Below, piece by piece: positions 1 through 10,397 of a stretch of DNA of 64,000 nt. The position numbers and the translations under genes were made by a program. Source of the stretch: a bacterium. GTDB taxonomy: Bacteria; UBA8248; JACPRG01; G963555815. The DNA lies in the NCBI GenBank assembly GCA_965218795.1, contig OZ244653.1:2592001-2656000 (forward strand), written 5' to 3'. Position 1 is the first letter of the stretch. The number at the start of each line of letters is the position of its first letter. The notes under the pieces are model-generated. The model did no database searches. It had not been told where the DNA came from and was given only the letters and a program-made list of their open reading frames with translations.

Positions 1-587
1 GTGTCGCCGGTGAAGAGAATCCCTTCGTGCCGCTGATAGAGAAGACAAAGACCGCCTTCAAACTGAGCGGGGATGTGGTGAATCTCCAGTTCTCCGTCGA
101 GTTTCAAAACGTCTGCATCGAAGAGCTCGACGTTCGGGTACCCCACCGGCCAATCCCTGTCCGTTCCATGGATTCGGATGGGCGCGCGGAAGCGGTTCGA
201 GAACTCGTCCATCGCCCCATAATAGTGCGGATGGGAGAGGATGACGGTCCGGATCCCTCCCTTCGAGGCGACCCAGTCCTCCAGATCCGCGGTGAGCAGG
301 GGTTGCATGTCCATCAGGACATTCCCGTCAGGCCGCTCGATGAAGTACGCAAAGTGCCGAATTCCCAAGATCGGCTCGATGGAAAAACGCCAAACGTCCT
401 CCTCCAGTTGGAGGATGTCGGTTTGATGATGAAGGCGGACATCATCGGGACGTACGAACCGGTCCCGGTCGGTCAATGGATCCGGAACAAATCGATTCGC
501 GCACGTGAGGCACTCGGGCGGCTGGTCCGGGCCGACAAAAGTCCGGTTTCCGCAATACGTACAAATGAGTGGGATTACAGACATCAT
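1..587 (-). CDS. MBL-fold metallo-hydrolase with N-terminal CxxC...CxxC motif (runs off window edge)
   Basis: Manual minus-strand translation (not in ORF track): MMSVIPLICTYCG...ECLTC...GGIRTVILSHPHYYGAMDEF...GILFTGD; open frame to the edge. Confidence 0.75.
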   Translation of the reverse strand, partial: MMSVIPLICTYCGNRTFVGPDQPPECLTCANRFVPDPLTDRDRFVRPDDVRLHHQTDILQLEEDVWRFSIEPILGIRHFAYFIERPDGNVLMDMQPLLTADLEDWVASKGGIRTVILSHPHYYGAMDEFSNRFRAPIRIHGTDRDWPVGYPNVELFDADVLKLDGELEIHHIPAQFEGGLCLLYQRHEGILFTGD

Positions 588-626
588 TCAGCTATGTGAA
601 AAGCGGTGAAGCGGTCCTTGCGGACG

Positions 627-2618
627 TCAAACACCGGCCGCGGCCCTCTCCGGCCGTCCGCGCCCGTGGCGAGACCATTGAACCAGGAAGAGCCCTCCTC
701 CCACAACGGCCCCGGGAATCTGCCAGTATAGATTGGGCCCGATCATACCAATACCCGCGGCCAAGAACAGGATACGCCGGATGGGGTCCAGATGGACAAA
801 GGCGAAGTTTTGAATCGCCATGGACATGGATATCACTCCGCCCAGAGCAAACACAATTCCGAACGCCACCTTTCCGACCGATCCGATCAAAAGAAGCGAC
901 GGATCGACGACAAACATATAGGGCAGGAGGAAAGCGGGGAGCGCGAGCTTCATCGCTTCAATGGCCGTGGGCATGATGGGTGAGCGGGCAATGGCCGCGG
1001 CCGCGTAACTGGTGGGGGCGGTCGGAGGCGTGATCGCCGAAAATGCGCTGAAGAAGATAACAAAGAGGTGAGCCTGCGGAATCAGAATGTTTTCCGGCAA
1101 ACCCAGACTCTTCATCATCGTAATGAGGGCCGGGATCGCGATGCCGACCTGGATGATGTACGCCGAGGAGAGGGGCAGACCCATCCCCAGCACGATCGCG
1201 GTCAGCATGCAGAGAACCAGCGCGGCGAACAGGTTTCCGCCCGCGATATCGACTAACAGGCTCGAGAATTTCACCGCGACTCCCGTCAAGTCGAATATCC
1301 CGACCATGATGCCGGAGGTGATGATTGCGACGGCAACGATCACCGCCTGAAGGCTTCCCTGAACCAGCGCGTCCCAGATGTTCCGGAGACCCATCCGGTT
1401 CTCCCGTTTCCAGACCTCCAGGATCTCCTCGCGAGTGAGCCGCCCCCCTTTCCTGACCGCGGCTATCACGATATGCATGACCGCCCAGGCCCAGCAGACC
1501 CCGATGATGCCGGTGATGCACCGGACCACCGCGAAACCCGGACTGAACCCCGCGACAAGCAGGTAAACGAGAATGATCAGCGGCAAAGCCAGGTATCCGC
1601 GACTGAGCATGATTCTTTTGAGGCTCGGCAGCTCCTCCTTCGGCACAACCGGAATTTTCTCTTTTACGGCATAGATATGAACCATGATTCCGACGCTGAG
1701 GAAGTAGAGAATCGCGGGGAGAACAATCAGCTTCATGACCCGAGCGTATGGAATCCCCGTGTATTCGGCCATGAGGAAACCTGCAGACGCCATGACGGGC
1801 GGCATGATCAGCCCGCCTGTGGAGGCCGCCGCCTCCACTGCACCCGCCATGTAATCCTTGAATCCGATTTTCTTCATCATGGGGATGCTGAAAGAGCCGG
1901 TGATGACGGCGTTCGCCGTGCTGCTGCCCGATATCGATCCCATCAGCCCGCTCGACAGAACAGCCACCTTCGCCGGTCCTCCCCGGAGGCGACCCGCCAC
2001 CGCCGTGGCAAAGTCGATGGTGAACTGGCCAAATCCCGATTTTTCCAGAAAGGCGCCGAACACGATAAACAAAAAGATGAACGTGGCGGAGATGGCTGTG
2101 GGGAGGGCGAACAGGCCGTCGGGAAGGAAGTACTGGTTATCGATCACGAGGGAGGCCGAATAGCCTCCGTGATGGAATAGCCAGGGCAGATAGGGTCCCA
2201 CGAAGGCATAAGCGAACACCAGAATGGCGAGGGCCATGAGCGGCCATCCGATCACCCGCCGGCAGCATTCCAGGACGACTGCGATGGCCCCGAACGCGAG
2301 GATCTTCTCGTAGACCGCGAAGGTATCGACATGTCCGATATGCTCGATGATCCAGTCGTAGTGATAGAAGATGTATCCCATCGTGGTCCACCAGAAGAGC
2401 AAGAGCAGGATGTCGTGCCAGTGGAGTTTGCTCGACACCCGCTTTTTGGTCACCGCGTACGTCATCAGCGCAATCGTAAACATGAAAGTGACATGGATGA
2501 CCCGGTGGAGATAGGCTTCGGGCTGGCCGAAGAACCCCGTCCAGATATGGTAGAGGGAGCTGGCGACGGCGATAAGGCTCAGGAGGATCCACGCGGGACC
2601 TTCAAGTTTTCTTTGCAC
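627..2618 (-). CDS. TRAP transporter 4TM/12TM fused permease (TAXI-associated)
   Basis: 663 aa hydrophobic; GGPAKVAVLSS, SGSSTANAVITG, EAAASTGGLIMPPVM, SAITPP motifs; GTG start. Confidence 0.95.
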   Translation of the reverse strand: MQRKLEGPAWILLSLIAVASSLYHIWTGFFGQPEAYLHRVIHVTFMFTIALMTYAVTKKRVSSKLHWHDILLLLFWWTTMGYIFYHYDWIIEHIGHVDTFAVYEKILAFGAIAVVLECCRRVIGWPLMALAILVFAYAFVGPYLPWLFHHGGYSASLVIDNQYFLPDGLFALPTAISATFIFLFIVFGAFLEKSGFGQFTIDFATAVAGRLRGGPAKVAVLSSGLMGSISGSSTANAVITGSFSIPMMKKIGFKDYMAGAVEAAASTGGLIMPPVMASAGFLMAEYTGIPYARVMKLIVLPAILYFLSVGIMVHIYAVKEKIPVVPKEELPSLKRIMLSRGYLALPLIILVYLLVAGFSPGFAVVRCITGIIGVCWAWAVMHIVIAAVRKGGRLTREEILEVWKRENRMGLRNIWDALVQGSLQAVIVAVAIITSGIMVGIFDLTGVAVKFSSLLVDIAGGNLFAALVLCMLTAIVLGMGLPLSSAYIIQVGIAIPALITMMKSLGLPENILIPQAHLFVIFFSAFSAITPPTAPTSYAAAAIARSPIMPTAIEAMKLALPAFLLPYMFVVDPSLLLIGSVGKVAFGIVFALGGVISMSMAIQNFAFVHLDPIRRILFLAAGIGMIGPNLYWQIPGAVVGGGLFLVQWSRHGRGRPERAAAGV

Positions 2619-2779
2619 CTTCGGCTGCCTTATGGGAATCCAGAATTATTGAGAGCGCCGGGCCGCTATCGTGACCTGCTCATCGATTGATGTGCGGCAG
2701 ACCCCCATCCCGCTAACGTAACAGGCAATTGTCATAAAAACTCCCGCGAGTTTCGCAAATCCGGCACTCAACATCAACC

Positions 2780-2816
2780 AAAATAAAAGGGGACCGGCGC
2801 AGGTGCGCCGATCCCC
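2780..2816 (-). terminator. Rho-independent terminator after TAXI gene
   Basis: Hairpin ggggaccggcgca/tgcgccgatcccc followed by T-rich run on minus strand. Confidence 0.6.
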
Positions 2817-2845
2817 TCGCTGCCGAAGCGACTGCCCGGGGTTCT

Positions 2846-3802
2846 TTACAGAGCTCCGACCTCCTTCAGGTACTTCGTCAGGCCGGGATGACGCTTGGCG
2901 CCCAGGTCCTGCGCCGCGGCCTTGGCGTCCACCCTCTTGAAGTTCGGGTTGACCTTCCTCATGTAGTCGATGTTCTTATACATGGCCTTGGCCATTTTAT
3001 AGACCAGGTTGGTCGAAACCTTCGCGCTGGTGACGACGATCTGGTAGGTCTGTACGACCTGTACGTCTTTCGGCTGATCGTAAAACTGCTTTTCCAATGT
3101 CACCGGAACGAGGGCCGGCTGAACAGAGCGAATCTTCCGAACTGTGTCATTATCGAAGTTGAGAATCCGAATCGGCTTATGCGCCGCCAACTGGATGAGG
3201 GGAGCATACTGCCTCTCCCCGGGTCCCAGGTAAACGTCGATATGGCCGTCTTTCATCTGCGAAACCGCATCGTTGAAGCCCAGGTGCAACACCTTGGGAA
3301 AATCTTTGTAGGTCATTCCAAGGCCCTGGAGCATCTGCTTGTTCAACGCCTGGGCGGAAAACCGCTTGGGCATCGCATTGATCCGCTTTCCCTTGATTTG
3401 GGACCATTCAGTAATGCCGGAATCCGCCCAGACCGCCCAGACCATCATCTGGTTGTACTGAACCGCCGCGATTCTCAGGTCCTCGGTTTTCTTCCCCTTG
3501 AAGGGCCCTTTGTGCTTGAGAGCGTCGGCAACCGTCGAAGCAAAGGTCAGGCCCATCTGGATCTTGCCGCTTATCGAGTTCAGGGCGTTGGCCACGCCGC
3601 CGCCGATATCGAGCGTTACCTGGTCGCCGTAGTCGTCCTTCATCAGCTTCTGGATGGCGGTTCCGATGGGATACCAGGCGCCGCCGGGCTTCGAGACGCC
3701 GAACTTGAAGCTCTCCGCAGAAGCCGACGGAACCGTCCCGACCGCTCCGAGGAGAAGCGCCGCACAGAATGCGGCCAGACCGATTTTGAAAAACCTTCTC
3801 AT
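2846..3802 (-). CDS. TAXI-family TRAP solute-binding protein
   Basis: Signal peptide MRRFFKIGLAAF, GGAWYPIG, GGGVAN, C-terminal HPG; GAAGGAG RBS before ATG 3802. Confidence 0.92.
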   Translation of the reverse strand: MRRFFKIGLAAFCAALLLGAVGTVPSASAESFKFGVSKPGGAWYPIGTAIQKLMKDDYGDQVTLDIGGGVANALNSISGKIQMGLTFASTVADALKHKGPFKGKKTEDLRIAAVQYNQMMVWAVWADSGITEWSQIKGKRINAMPKRFSAQALNKQMLQGLGMTYKDFPKVLHLGFNDAVSQMKDGHIDVYLGPGERQYAPLIQLAAHKPIRILNFDNDTVRKIRSVQPALVPVTLEKQFYDQPKDVQVVQTYQIVVTSAKVSTNLVYKMAKAMYKNIDYMRKVNPNFKRVDAKAAAQDLGAKRHPGLTKYLKEVGAL

Positions 3803-3839
3803 TTTTCTCTCTCCTTCTTTCCCGTCATGGGTATGCACC

Positions 3840-5306
3840 TCAAACAACGGCCTTCTGTTGTTTCAAATCCTCGAAAAGCTCCTGATATTTCTCCCGCGTG
3901 GCATTTCGCACTTCATCGGAGACCCGGTTCATCAATGGATAATCCTTGTACCACTGGTAGTTTTTGCAGGCGTTGATGATGACCTTGGAATTCAGGTGGG
4001 TCTCGGGCCCCATTTTCAACCGGACGTCCGGCGGAATACTGGGGTCCAGGGAAGAACCCCAGGTCTCCTTGATGACGTCCATCGAGACATCGGGATTACA
4101 GCGGGTGACCACGGCCCACATCACGTCCTCCAGGCTCGTGATGTCAATATCGTCGTCGACCACGATGACGTACTTGATAAAGTAGGCCGTGCCCCTGGCG
4201 CCGGCGGCGACGAGTCCCGCCGACTTCGCGTGGCCCGCAAACCGCTGCCGGATGGAGACCACTGTCATGAGACGGCTCACCGGCTGCCAGACCCCCATGA
4301 CATCGGGAATTCCGGCCTTCTCCAACGCATCCCAGGTATCGGCCGCGAGCAGCGGAATTCCGGTGTAGGGACCGACCGGGGGCTTTAAGGGCGGAACCCC
4401 GAAGATGATCGGATCGTTCCGGTGGTAAATGGCGTCAATCTTCACGACGGGCTGGGGATGGGGGCCACCCGCATAGTAGCCCGTAAACTCGCCGAAGGGG
4501 CCCTCCATGCAATGCTCCACGTCCATGGGGGGAATATGCCCCTCCACGACGATCTCGGAGGTCGCAGGGAAGGGAAGTCCCGTCACGGGTCCTTCCACGA
4601 CCTTCAGCGGCTCTCCCCGCAGGTGACCGATGTAATTGAACTCGCTCTGGCCGTAGGGGAAGAAAAACCCGGCTGGAATCCAGGTCAGCGGGTCCTGGCC
4701 GAAGCTGATGGCCACCGGCACGCTCTCTCCCCGGGAGTGGGCCTTTTCCAGGAAGATGGCCGGCGTCTTGCCCGGAAGCGGCAGGATGCCGATGGTATCT
4801 TTTTTAAACACCATGTTCCGCTGGGTCGCGATGTTGATCCAGCCTTCATCGGGGTCTTTCATCACGACCATGTTTCCCGTCCCGATAAAGCGCCCCGGAT
4901 CGTTCTCATGCCATCGGGGAGAAGGGAATTTCAGGATATCGATATCGTCCCCTCGCAAAATGTTTTCGAACACGGGGCCGTCGGAGACGACCTTTGGGGG
5001 GACGGGTTCGTAGGCGGCCACCTTATCCTTCCAATACCGGAGGGCTTCCAGCGGCGGTGTGTCCGGATCGAGACCAAGCGCCAGGGCGTTGCGCCTGACG
5101 TTGGTCAGGATATTCGAAAGAACACGGTATCCCTTCTCGTGCCCTTTGACTTCGTCGAACAACAGGGCGGGGTGAGACTTGAGGTCGTCTTCAGCGATCA
5201 TCTCCGTCAGGGCCCCGATGTCCAGATCCCAATCGGCCCCGTCAATTCGATGAAGCTCGCCGATCCGTTCCACTTCGTTGATGAATTCTCGGAGGTCGTT
5301 AAACAT
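3840..5306 (-). CDS. UbiD-family (prFMN-dependent) decarboxylase
   Basis: DLREFI N-terminus, EGPFGEFTGYY, VIVVDDDIDI, WAVVTRC; start ATG 5306 (ORF track extends to 5330). Confidence 0.93.
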   Translation of the reverse strand: MFNDLREFINEVERIGELHRIDGADWDLDIGALTEMIAEDDLKSHPALLFDEVKGHEKGYRVLSNILTNVRRNALALGLDPDTPPLEALRYWKDKVAAYEPVPPKVVSDGPVFENILRGDDIDILKFPSPRWHENDPGRFIGTGNMVVMKDPDEGWINIATQRNMVFKKDTIGILPLPGKTPAIFLEKAHSRGESVPVAISFGQDPLTWIPAGFFFPYGQSEFNYIGHLRGEPLKVVEGPVTGLPFPATSEIVVEGHIPPMDVEHCMEGPFGEFTGYYAGGPHPQPVVKIDAIYHRNDPIIFGVPPLKPPVGPYTGIPLLAADTWDALEKAGIPDVMGVWQPVSRLMTVVSIRQRFAGHAKSAGLVAAGARGTAYFIKYVIVVDDDIDITSLEDVMWAVVTRCNPDVSMDVIKETWGSSLDPSIPPDVRLKMGPETHLNSKVIINACKNYQWYKDYPLMNRVSDEVRNATREKYQELFEDLKQQKAVV

Positions 5307-5417
5307 CACTTCATGACACCCCACATTCAAATATGTCAGTCAACCTGCAGACCCCTTCAGGGCGTGCCCCGCAGCTCGAAACCTTCCGGATTCAAAACTT
5401 CGAGGGCGAAGACTGGT

Positions 5418-5426
5418 ATTATAACA
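5418..5426 (-). promoter_or_regulatory. Extended -10 promoter element (TGTTATAAT) upstream of first ubiD-family gene
   Basis: Exact TGnTATAAT on minus strand in the intergenic gap. Confidence 0.45.
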
Positions 5427-5537
5427 AAAATTTCCGCTTACCGCCCAGGATCGGATCAGACGCCGGAACTCAACCGAACCGGTGAGTATCGGCGTACATC
5501 CGACTGTCCCCTCCACAGCCAACCAGGCCTCATTCCG

Positions 5538-6959
5538 TCATGCCGTTACACCGCGGCTCATCCTGGCCGATACATCGAGGTCTTTTAGAGAGATCGTACC
5601 CTGGCCCTGGGGAACTGTTCGCTCCAGATTCTCTCGTTCCTTCATCCTGAAGGTCGACGGTCGGCATGCGTCGATTCCGACCTTTCCCGCCACACGCTGC
5701 CATCGATGCCCCGGCGGGGCGATCTGAGGGAGGGCCACATCCATGGGATGGTTCCGGGTCCCCTGGATGACATGAAGATCAACAGCCGGGTCAAAGCGTG
5801 TCCCAAGCGCCCAAATAACCTCTTCCGGCTGATGGATGTCCACATCTTCGTCGACCGCTATCGCGACCTTCGGATGAAGGTACGCACTGCCCAAGGCGCC
5901 CATCAGGACATTCACGACTTCTCCCTCGTAGTGTGGAGTCATTCGGACCAGGATGACGAATTGGCCGCCGCAAGGAGCGCAATGGACGTCATGGACATCG
6001 GCATAGCCCCCCACCTCGCGGAGCCGCTCGTAGAGGTGGGCCTCCATCGGAAGACCGTTAAGGGACTGGTGCTCGACGAAGTTCGTGGATTGGCAATGAC
6101 GATAGATGGCGTCGCTTCGCATCGTGATGGCGGTCACCTCGAACACCGGATTGTCCCCCGTTCCTGACGCATACGAGCACTGAAACTCTCCGAAAGGACC
6201 TTCAGGTTTTCTGAGACCGGCCAGCAGTTTGCCCTCGATCACGATTTCCGCGCTCGCCGGAGCCACAAGGTCCACCGTTTCGCAGCGGACCATCGGGACC
6301 GGAGTCTCCAGGAGAGCGCCCGCCAGCTCGAATTCGTCAACACCATAGGGGACGGTCCAGTTGGTGGCCACGTCCACCAGCGGATGATGACCGATGGGGA
6401 CGGCCATCGGCATATCCTGACCCGCCGCCTCGTACTGCTCGAAGTGGCGGTAGGTGTGACGGGGAACCAGAAGCATCCCGGTATGATTGCGGTCCCGGAC
6501 CTCCATGCGGAGCATGGCGAGGTTCCCGATTCCGGTCTCCAGGTCACGCGTGTAATTCATGCCGGCGCCGATTGTGATGTTTCCGTCTTTCTCGGAATGC
6601 TTGATGATCGGGAGCCGGCCGAGGTCGACGTCATCTCCGGTCCGGACGATTTCCTTGCAGGGACCGTCATCCACAATCTCAAAAGGCACGAGACCCTTCC
6701 GGTACCGCCGAACCAACTCGGGCACGACGTCCTTTGGTTCGCACCCAAGCGCGAGGGCCTGGGCCCTTCGCCGGGTCAGCAGTTCACCGCAAACCCGCCA
6801 GTCGTCAAACCCCTTGATGCTCTCAAACAGGATGGGTCGGTCGGTCTGATCAAAAAGGGTCCCCATTTCCGTCGCGGGGTCCACAGGCGAGTGAATCACA
6901 TTCAGGAAATCGTCGGCTTCGAGCTCTTTCAGAAACGTCCTCAGATCCTTGTCCGGCAT
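5538..6959 (-). CDS. UbiD-family decarboxylase (second paralogue)
   Basis: DLRTFL, EGPFGEFQCSY, AVDEDVDI, WALGTRFDP, GKVGIDA; alternative start 7004. Confidence 0.93.
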   Translation of the reverse strand: MPDKDLRTFLKELEADDFLNVIHSPVDPATEMGTLFDQTDRPILFESIKGFDDWRVCGELLTRRRAQALALGCEPKDVVPELVRRYRKGLVPFEIVDDGPCKEIVRTGDDVDLGRLPIIKHSEKDGNITIGAGMNYTRDLETGIGNLAMLRMEVRDRNHTGMLLVPRHTYRHFEQYEAAGQDMPMAVPIGHHPLVDVATNWTVPYGVDEFELAGALLETPVPMVRCETVDLVAPASAEIVIEGKLLAGLRKPEGPFGEFQCSYASGTGDNPVFEVTAITMRSDAIYRHCQSTNFVEHQSLNGLPMEAHLYERLREVGGYADVHDVHCAPCGGQFVILVRMTPHYEGEVVNVLMGALGSAYLHPKVAIAVDEDVDIHQPEEVIWALGTRFDPAVDLHVIQGTRNHPMDVALPQIAPPGHRWQRVAGKVGIDACRPSTFRMKERENLERTVPQGQGTISLKDLDVSARMSRGVTA

Positions 6960-7762
6960 GGCTTTCGCTTTCGGGTGGGTTCGGGCTTCACGGGCGATCT
7001 CCAAATTGATGGATGCTCTCCCTCCCGGCTTATTCCCTCCGGCCTTTCAGGTGCACGATTCCCCCGCGCAGGATGTGGATGACCTTTCCGGATTCGTATG
7101 GGAAGACGGCTTATTCTGTCACATCCGAAATTTTGTTTTCCAGGACGATTGGTTTCCCGGCGGGCGGAGGTTTTCGGCTCCACTGAATTCTTGCCCCCTA
7201 CGGTGAATCCACATTGAATCCATAGGACCATTCTGATAGATTTCGATGATCGTGAGCGGGTCGGCTTGTCCATTCACCCAATCCCCTTGTGAACCAGACG
7301 GATTCCGCGCGTGACCTGACCCACGGGCGAAACACCTGCGTCGTACCGAAATCCCGGACCGGAGGTCTTCGCCGCGGAGCTCCCGGCGCCCTTGCGCTCC
7401 GAAGACCTGTCCCGAACTATCGCGGACGAAGCCGCGGTTACCTTCCGGGAAGAATCTCACCCCCGGGACTTGCTTGAAGGGGTAGAGACCACCTACGAAG
7501 GGCTCTTCCGCGGTGAAACGGAAGATTTGCCGGAGGGTGCGGGGGGGAACACATCGTGTTGGCTCTACGCACTTTCTTGCCTGCTCATCAAGCTGTCGGA
7601 TGGACATGCGCCAAAGACGCCAATTCAGAGAAAAATCCTCATCCGCGAAATGGCCGGCACGCAAGTACCCAAAAAGCGCATTCCGCTTTCAAACCCAAAA
7701 CACTCTTTTGAATTCAAGCGCTTCTCGCTTGGACTGATAGCAAGCGGCAAGGGGCAGCTCAC

Positions 7763-9190
7763 ATGTCGAAAGTTCTTCTCATCGGGCTCGATTGTGCCGA
7801 ACCGAGTCTGGTGTTCGATCAATGGGTCCGGGAGCTTCCCAACCTCCGGCGGCTCATGGTCTCGGGGGTCTACGGCCGTCTCCGAAGCTGCGATCCTCCG
7901 ATTACCGTCCCTGCCTGGGCCTGTATGATGACCAGCCGTGACCCCGGTGAACTGGGCGTTTACGGGTTCCGCAACCGCAAGTCCCACGATTACGGCGCCT
8001 TGGGGATCGCGTCGTCCCTCAGCATTCAACAGGACAAGGTCTGGGATATCCTGGGAAACGCGAACCGCGACGTCGTGGTCGTGGGGGTTCCGCCCTCTTA
8101 TCCGGTGCGGCCGGTCCACGGCAGCCTGATATCCTGTTTTCTGGCGCCGGGTCCCGACAGCCCGCACACGCATCCCCCGGAACTTCAGGCGGAAATCAAG
8201 GAACTTGTCGGCGAATACCTGTTCGACATCGAAGGATTTCGCACCGACGACAAGCCCGCGCTGTTGGAACGGATCTATGACATGACCCGCAAGCGGTTTC
8301 GCGTGGTCCGCCATCTGATGCAGACCAAACCCTGGGACTTTTTCATGTTCGTCGAAATGGGGACCGACCGAATCCACCACGGGTTCTGGAAGTTCCACGA
8401 TCCCGATCACATCAAGTACGAACGCGGCAATCCCTACGAAAACGCCATCCGGGACTATTACCGATACCTGGACGGAGAGATCGGTGAGCTCCTCTCCTGC
8501 GTCGGCGACGACACCACCGTCCTGGTGGTGTCCGATCACGGAGCCAAGAGAATGGAAGGCGGCATCTGCATCAACGAATGGCTGATGAACGAGAAATATC
8601 TTCGGGTGAAAAGCTATCCCAACCAGTTGACCTCTCCCGCCCAGCTGGAATTCGACTGGGAGCGGACGATGGCCTGGGGTGAAGGCGGGTACTACGGGAG
8701 GATTTATTTGAACGTGAGGGGACGAGAGCCGATGGGCATCGTCCCCAGCTACGATGTCCCGAGGTTCTGCGCCGAGTTGAAGGCGGGCCTGGAGGAGATG
8801 AAAGATGAATCCGGGAACCCGTTGGGGACCCGCGTCCTTTTCCCCCGTGAGTTGTATCGCGAGGTCCGGGGGGCCGCGCCCGACCTCATCACCTACTTCG
8901 GGAATCTGGACTGGCGATCCGTCGGCACGATGGGGCACCGGTCCATCCATACCCGTGAAAACGACACCGGCCCGGACGATGCCAACCACGACACCCACGG
9001 GATCTTCATCATGTCCCGAAAGCACAAATGGGAGGAAGCGTCGGAAGACGACGCGCCCGGCGCGCCACTCTCCGGGTTGACCTTGTACGATATCGCCCCC
9101 ACGTTGCTGCGCCTGTACGGCCTTCCCGTGCCGGAGGAAATGCAGGGCCGCCCCATACCGGAAGTCGAGGACCTGCCGTTCTTCGGATGA
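7763..9190 (+). CDS. Alkaline phosphatase superfamily protein (type I phosphodiesterase / nucleotide pyrophosphatase-like)
   Basis: LIGLDCA, PPITVPAW, GTDRIHH, VVSDHG, LYDIAPT motifs. Confidence 0.9.
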   Translation: MSKVLLIGLDCAEPSLVFDQWVRELPNLRRLMVSGVYGRLRSCDPPITVPAWACMMTSRDPGELGVYGFRNRKSHDYGALGIASSLSIQQDKVWDILGNANRDVVVVGVPPSYPVRPVHGSLISCFLAPGPDSPHTHPPELQAEIKELVGEYLFDIEGFRTDDKPALLERIYDMTRKRFRVVRHLMQTKPWDFFMFVEMGTDRIHHGFWKFHDPDHIKYERGNPYENAIRDYYRYLDGEIGELLSCVGDDTTVLVVSDHGAKRMEGGICINEWLMNEKYLRVKSYPNQLTSPAQLEFDWERTMAWGEGGYYGRIYLNVRGREPMGIVPSYDVPRFCAELKAGLEEMKDESGNPLGTRVLFPRELYREVRGAAPDLITYFGNLDWRSVGTMGHRSIHTRENDTGPDDANHDTHGIFIMSRKHKWEEASEDDAPGAPLSGLTLYDIAPTLLRLYGLPVPEEMQGRPIPEVEDLPFFG

Positions 9191-9247
9191 AACGCACGGA
9201 GGGTCTCAGCCCGTGTGGAGGAAGGCCTCCCGGCCGGATGATCTCGC

Positions 9248-10108
9248 TCAATCCTCCGCCGCGAACTTCATCAACTCCTCGACGACAATGTCCGGCCGCT
9301 CTTCCGCAAGGTAATGACCGCAGGCGTCTAGCCCGAAACCGCGTACGTCCTCCGCTTCCGCTTTCCACATCGAAACGACATCGAACGTTCCTCCCATTCC
9401 GCCATCGTTCCCCCACAAGCAAAGGATGGGCTCCCGAATCTTCAGGCCCTCGCTTTCCGAATCCAGTACTCGATTCTCGCCAAACATCGCCCTGTAGTAA
9501 TTGAATCCGCCTCGTAACGCATCCGGGGGCGAGTACGCCCGCGTATACTCTTCCAGACACTCGTCAAGAAAGGCGGCCGGGTTGTGGCACTTCGGTCGAA
9601 AAAATATCCGGAGGAATTCCCGGACCCGACCGTGGACGAGGCTCTCCGGAAGGTCCGGAACGGCATTGAAAAAGTAATGCCAGGCGCCGCGGGCGATGTT
9701 GGCGGAAAGATCGCGCAGGATCTGTCCGTGGGGGACGATGTCGAGAATCGCGATTCTCGAAGCTTCGCCGGGCCAGTCGAGGGCGAACCGCCTCGCAACC
9801 AACCCGCCCCAGTCATGTCCGACCAGACAGGGCCGGAGCAGACGCAGGGACCGGAGCAGTTCGCGGATGTCCGTCGAGACGGTCCGCATGTCGTAGCCGG
9901 AGTCCGGCTTGTCTGAATCGCCCATACCCCGCAGGTCGGGCGCAATGACGCGAAATCGCTCGGCTAGGGCGGGGATGACCTTCCGCCATGCGAACGATGT
10001 CTGGGGCCAGCCGTGAAGCAGCACCATGGGCGCGCCTTCGCCCGCCTCCAGATAGTGGAGACGGATACCGTTGACGGCCGCTGTCCTGCTTTCCGCCTGG
10101 TCCGCCAT
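9248..10108 (-). CDS. Alpha/beta hydrolase (epoxide hydrolase / haloacetate dehalogenase-like)
   Basis: LLHGWPQ, APDLRGMG, GHDWGG nucleophile, CGHYLAEE. Confidence 0.92.
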   Translation of the reverse strand: MADQAESRTAAVNGIRLHYLEAGEGAPMVLLHGWPQTSFAWRKVIPALAERFRVIAPDLRGMGDSDKPDSGYDMRTVSTDIRELLRSLRLLRPCLVGHDWGGLVARRFALDWPGEASRIAILDIVPHGQILRDLSANIARGAWHYFFNAVPDLPESLVHGRVREFLRIFFRPKCHNPAAFLDECLEEYTRAYSPPDALRGGFNYYRAMFGENRVLDSESEGLKIREPILCLWGNDGGMGGTFDVVSMWKAEAEDVRGFGLDACGHYLAEERPDIVVEELMKFAAED

Positions 10109-10332
10109 TTGTCCTCTCCCGGCCGGAGTCCCGGCCGGATTGTGCAGATTGGGGCCGATCTTACATTCAGGTTGTCAGTTTGTTTAATAGCAAAATTGAC
10201 ATTCGCAGCCTTGTCCGTCTACGGATATGCAGAAGTGAATTAAATCACTATTCTACAGCTAGTTATATGAATATACAAGAGCCGATTTCCGAGACAGGGG
10301 TGTGCTGAGCCGCGCAAGACTTATAATCCAAA

Positions 10333-10372
10333 TGATTCCCATATGGTTCCCATTGTGATATGCTGATTCCCA
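10333..10372 (+). repeat. Three 9-bp direct repeats TG(A/G)TTCCCA upstream of integrase (possible arm-type sites)
   Basis: tgattccca 10333, tggttccca 10344, tgattccca 10364; TATAAT at 10322. Confidence 0.45.
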
Positions 10373-10397
10373 GATACGAAACCATCGGGAGACCATC

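Noticed and set aside
27-599. 190-aa plus-strand ORF
   Set aside because: Antisense shadow of the minus-strand MBL hydrolase gene
7010-7760. Possible small gene between ubiD and AlkP genes (ORFs 7119-7664, 7392-7928)
   Set aside because: No recognisable motif or convincing start; overlapping candidates conflict
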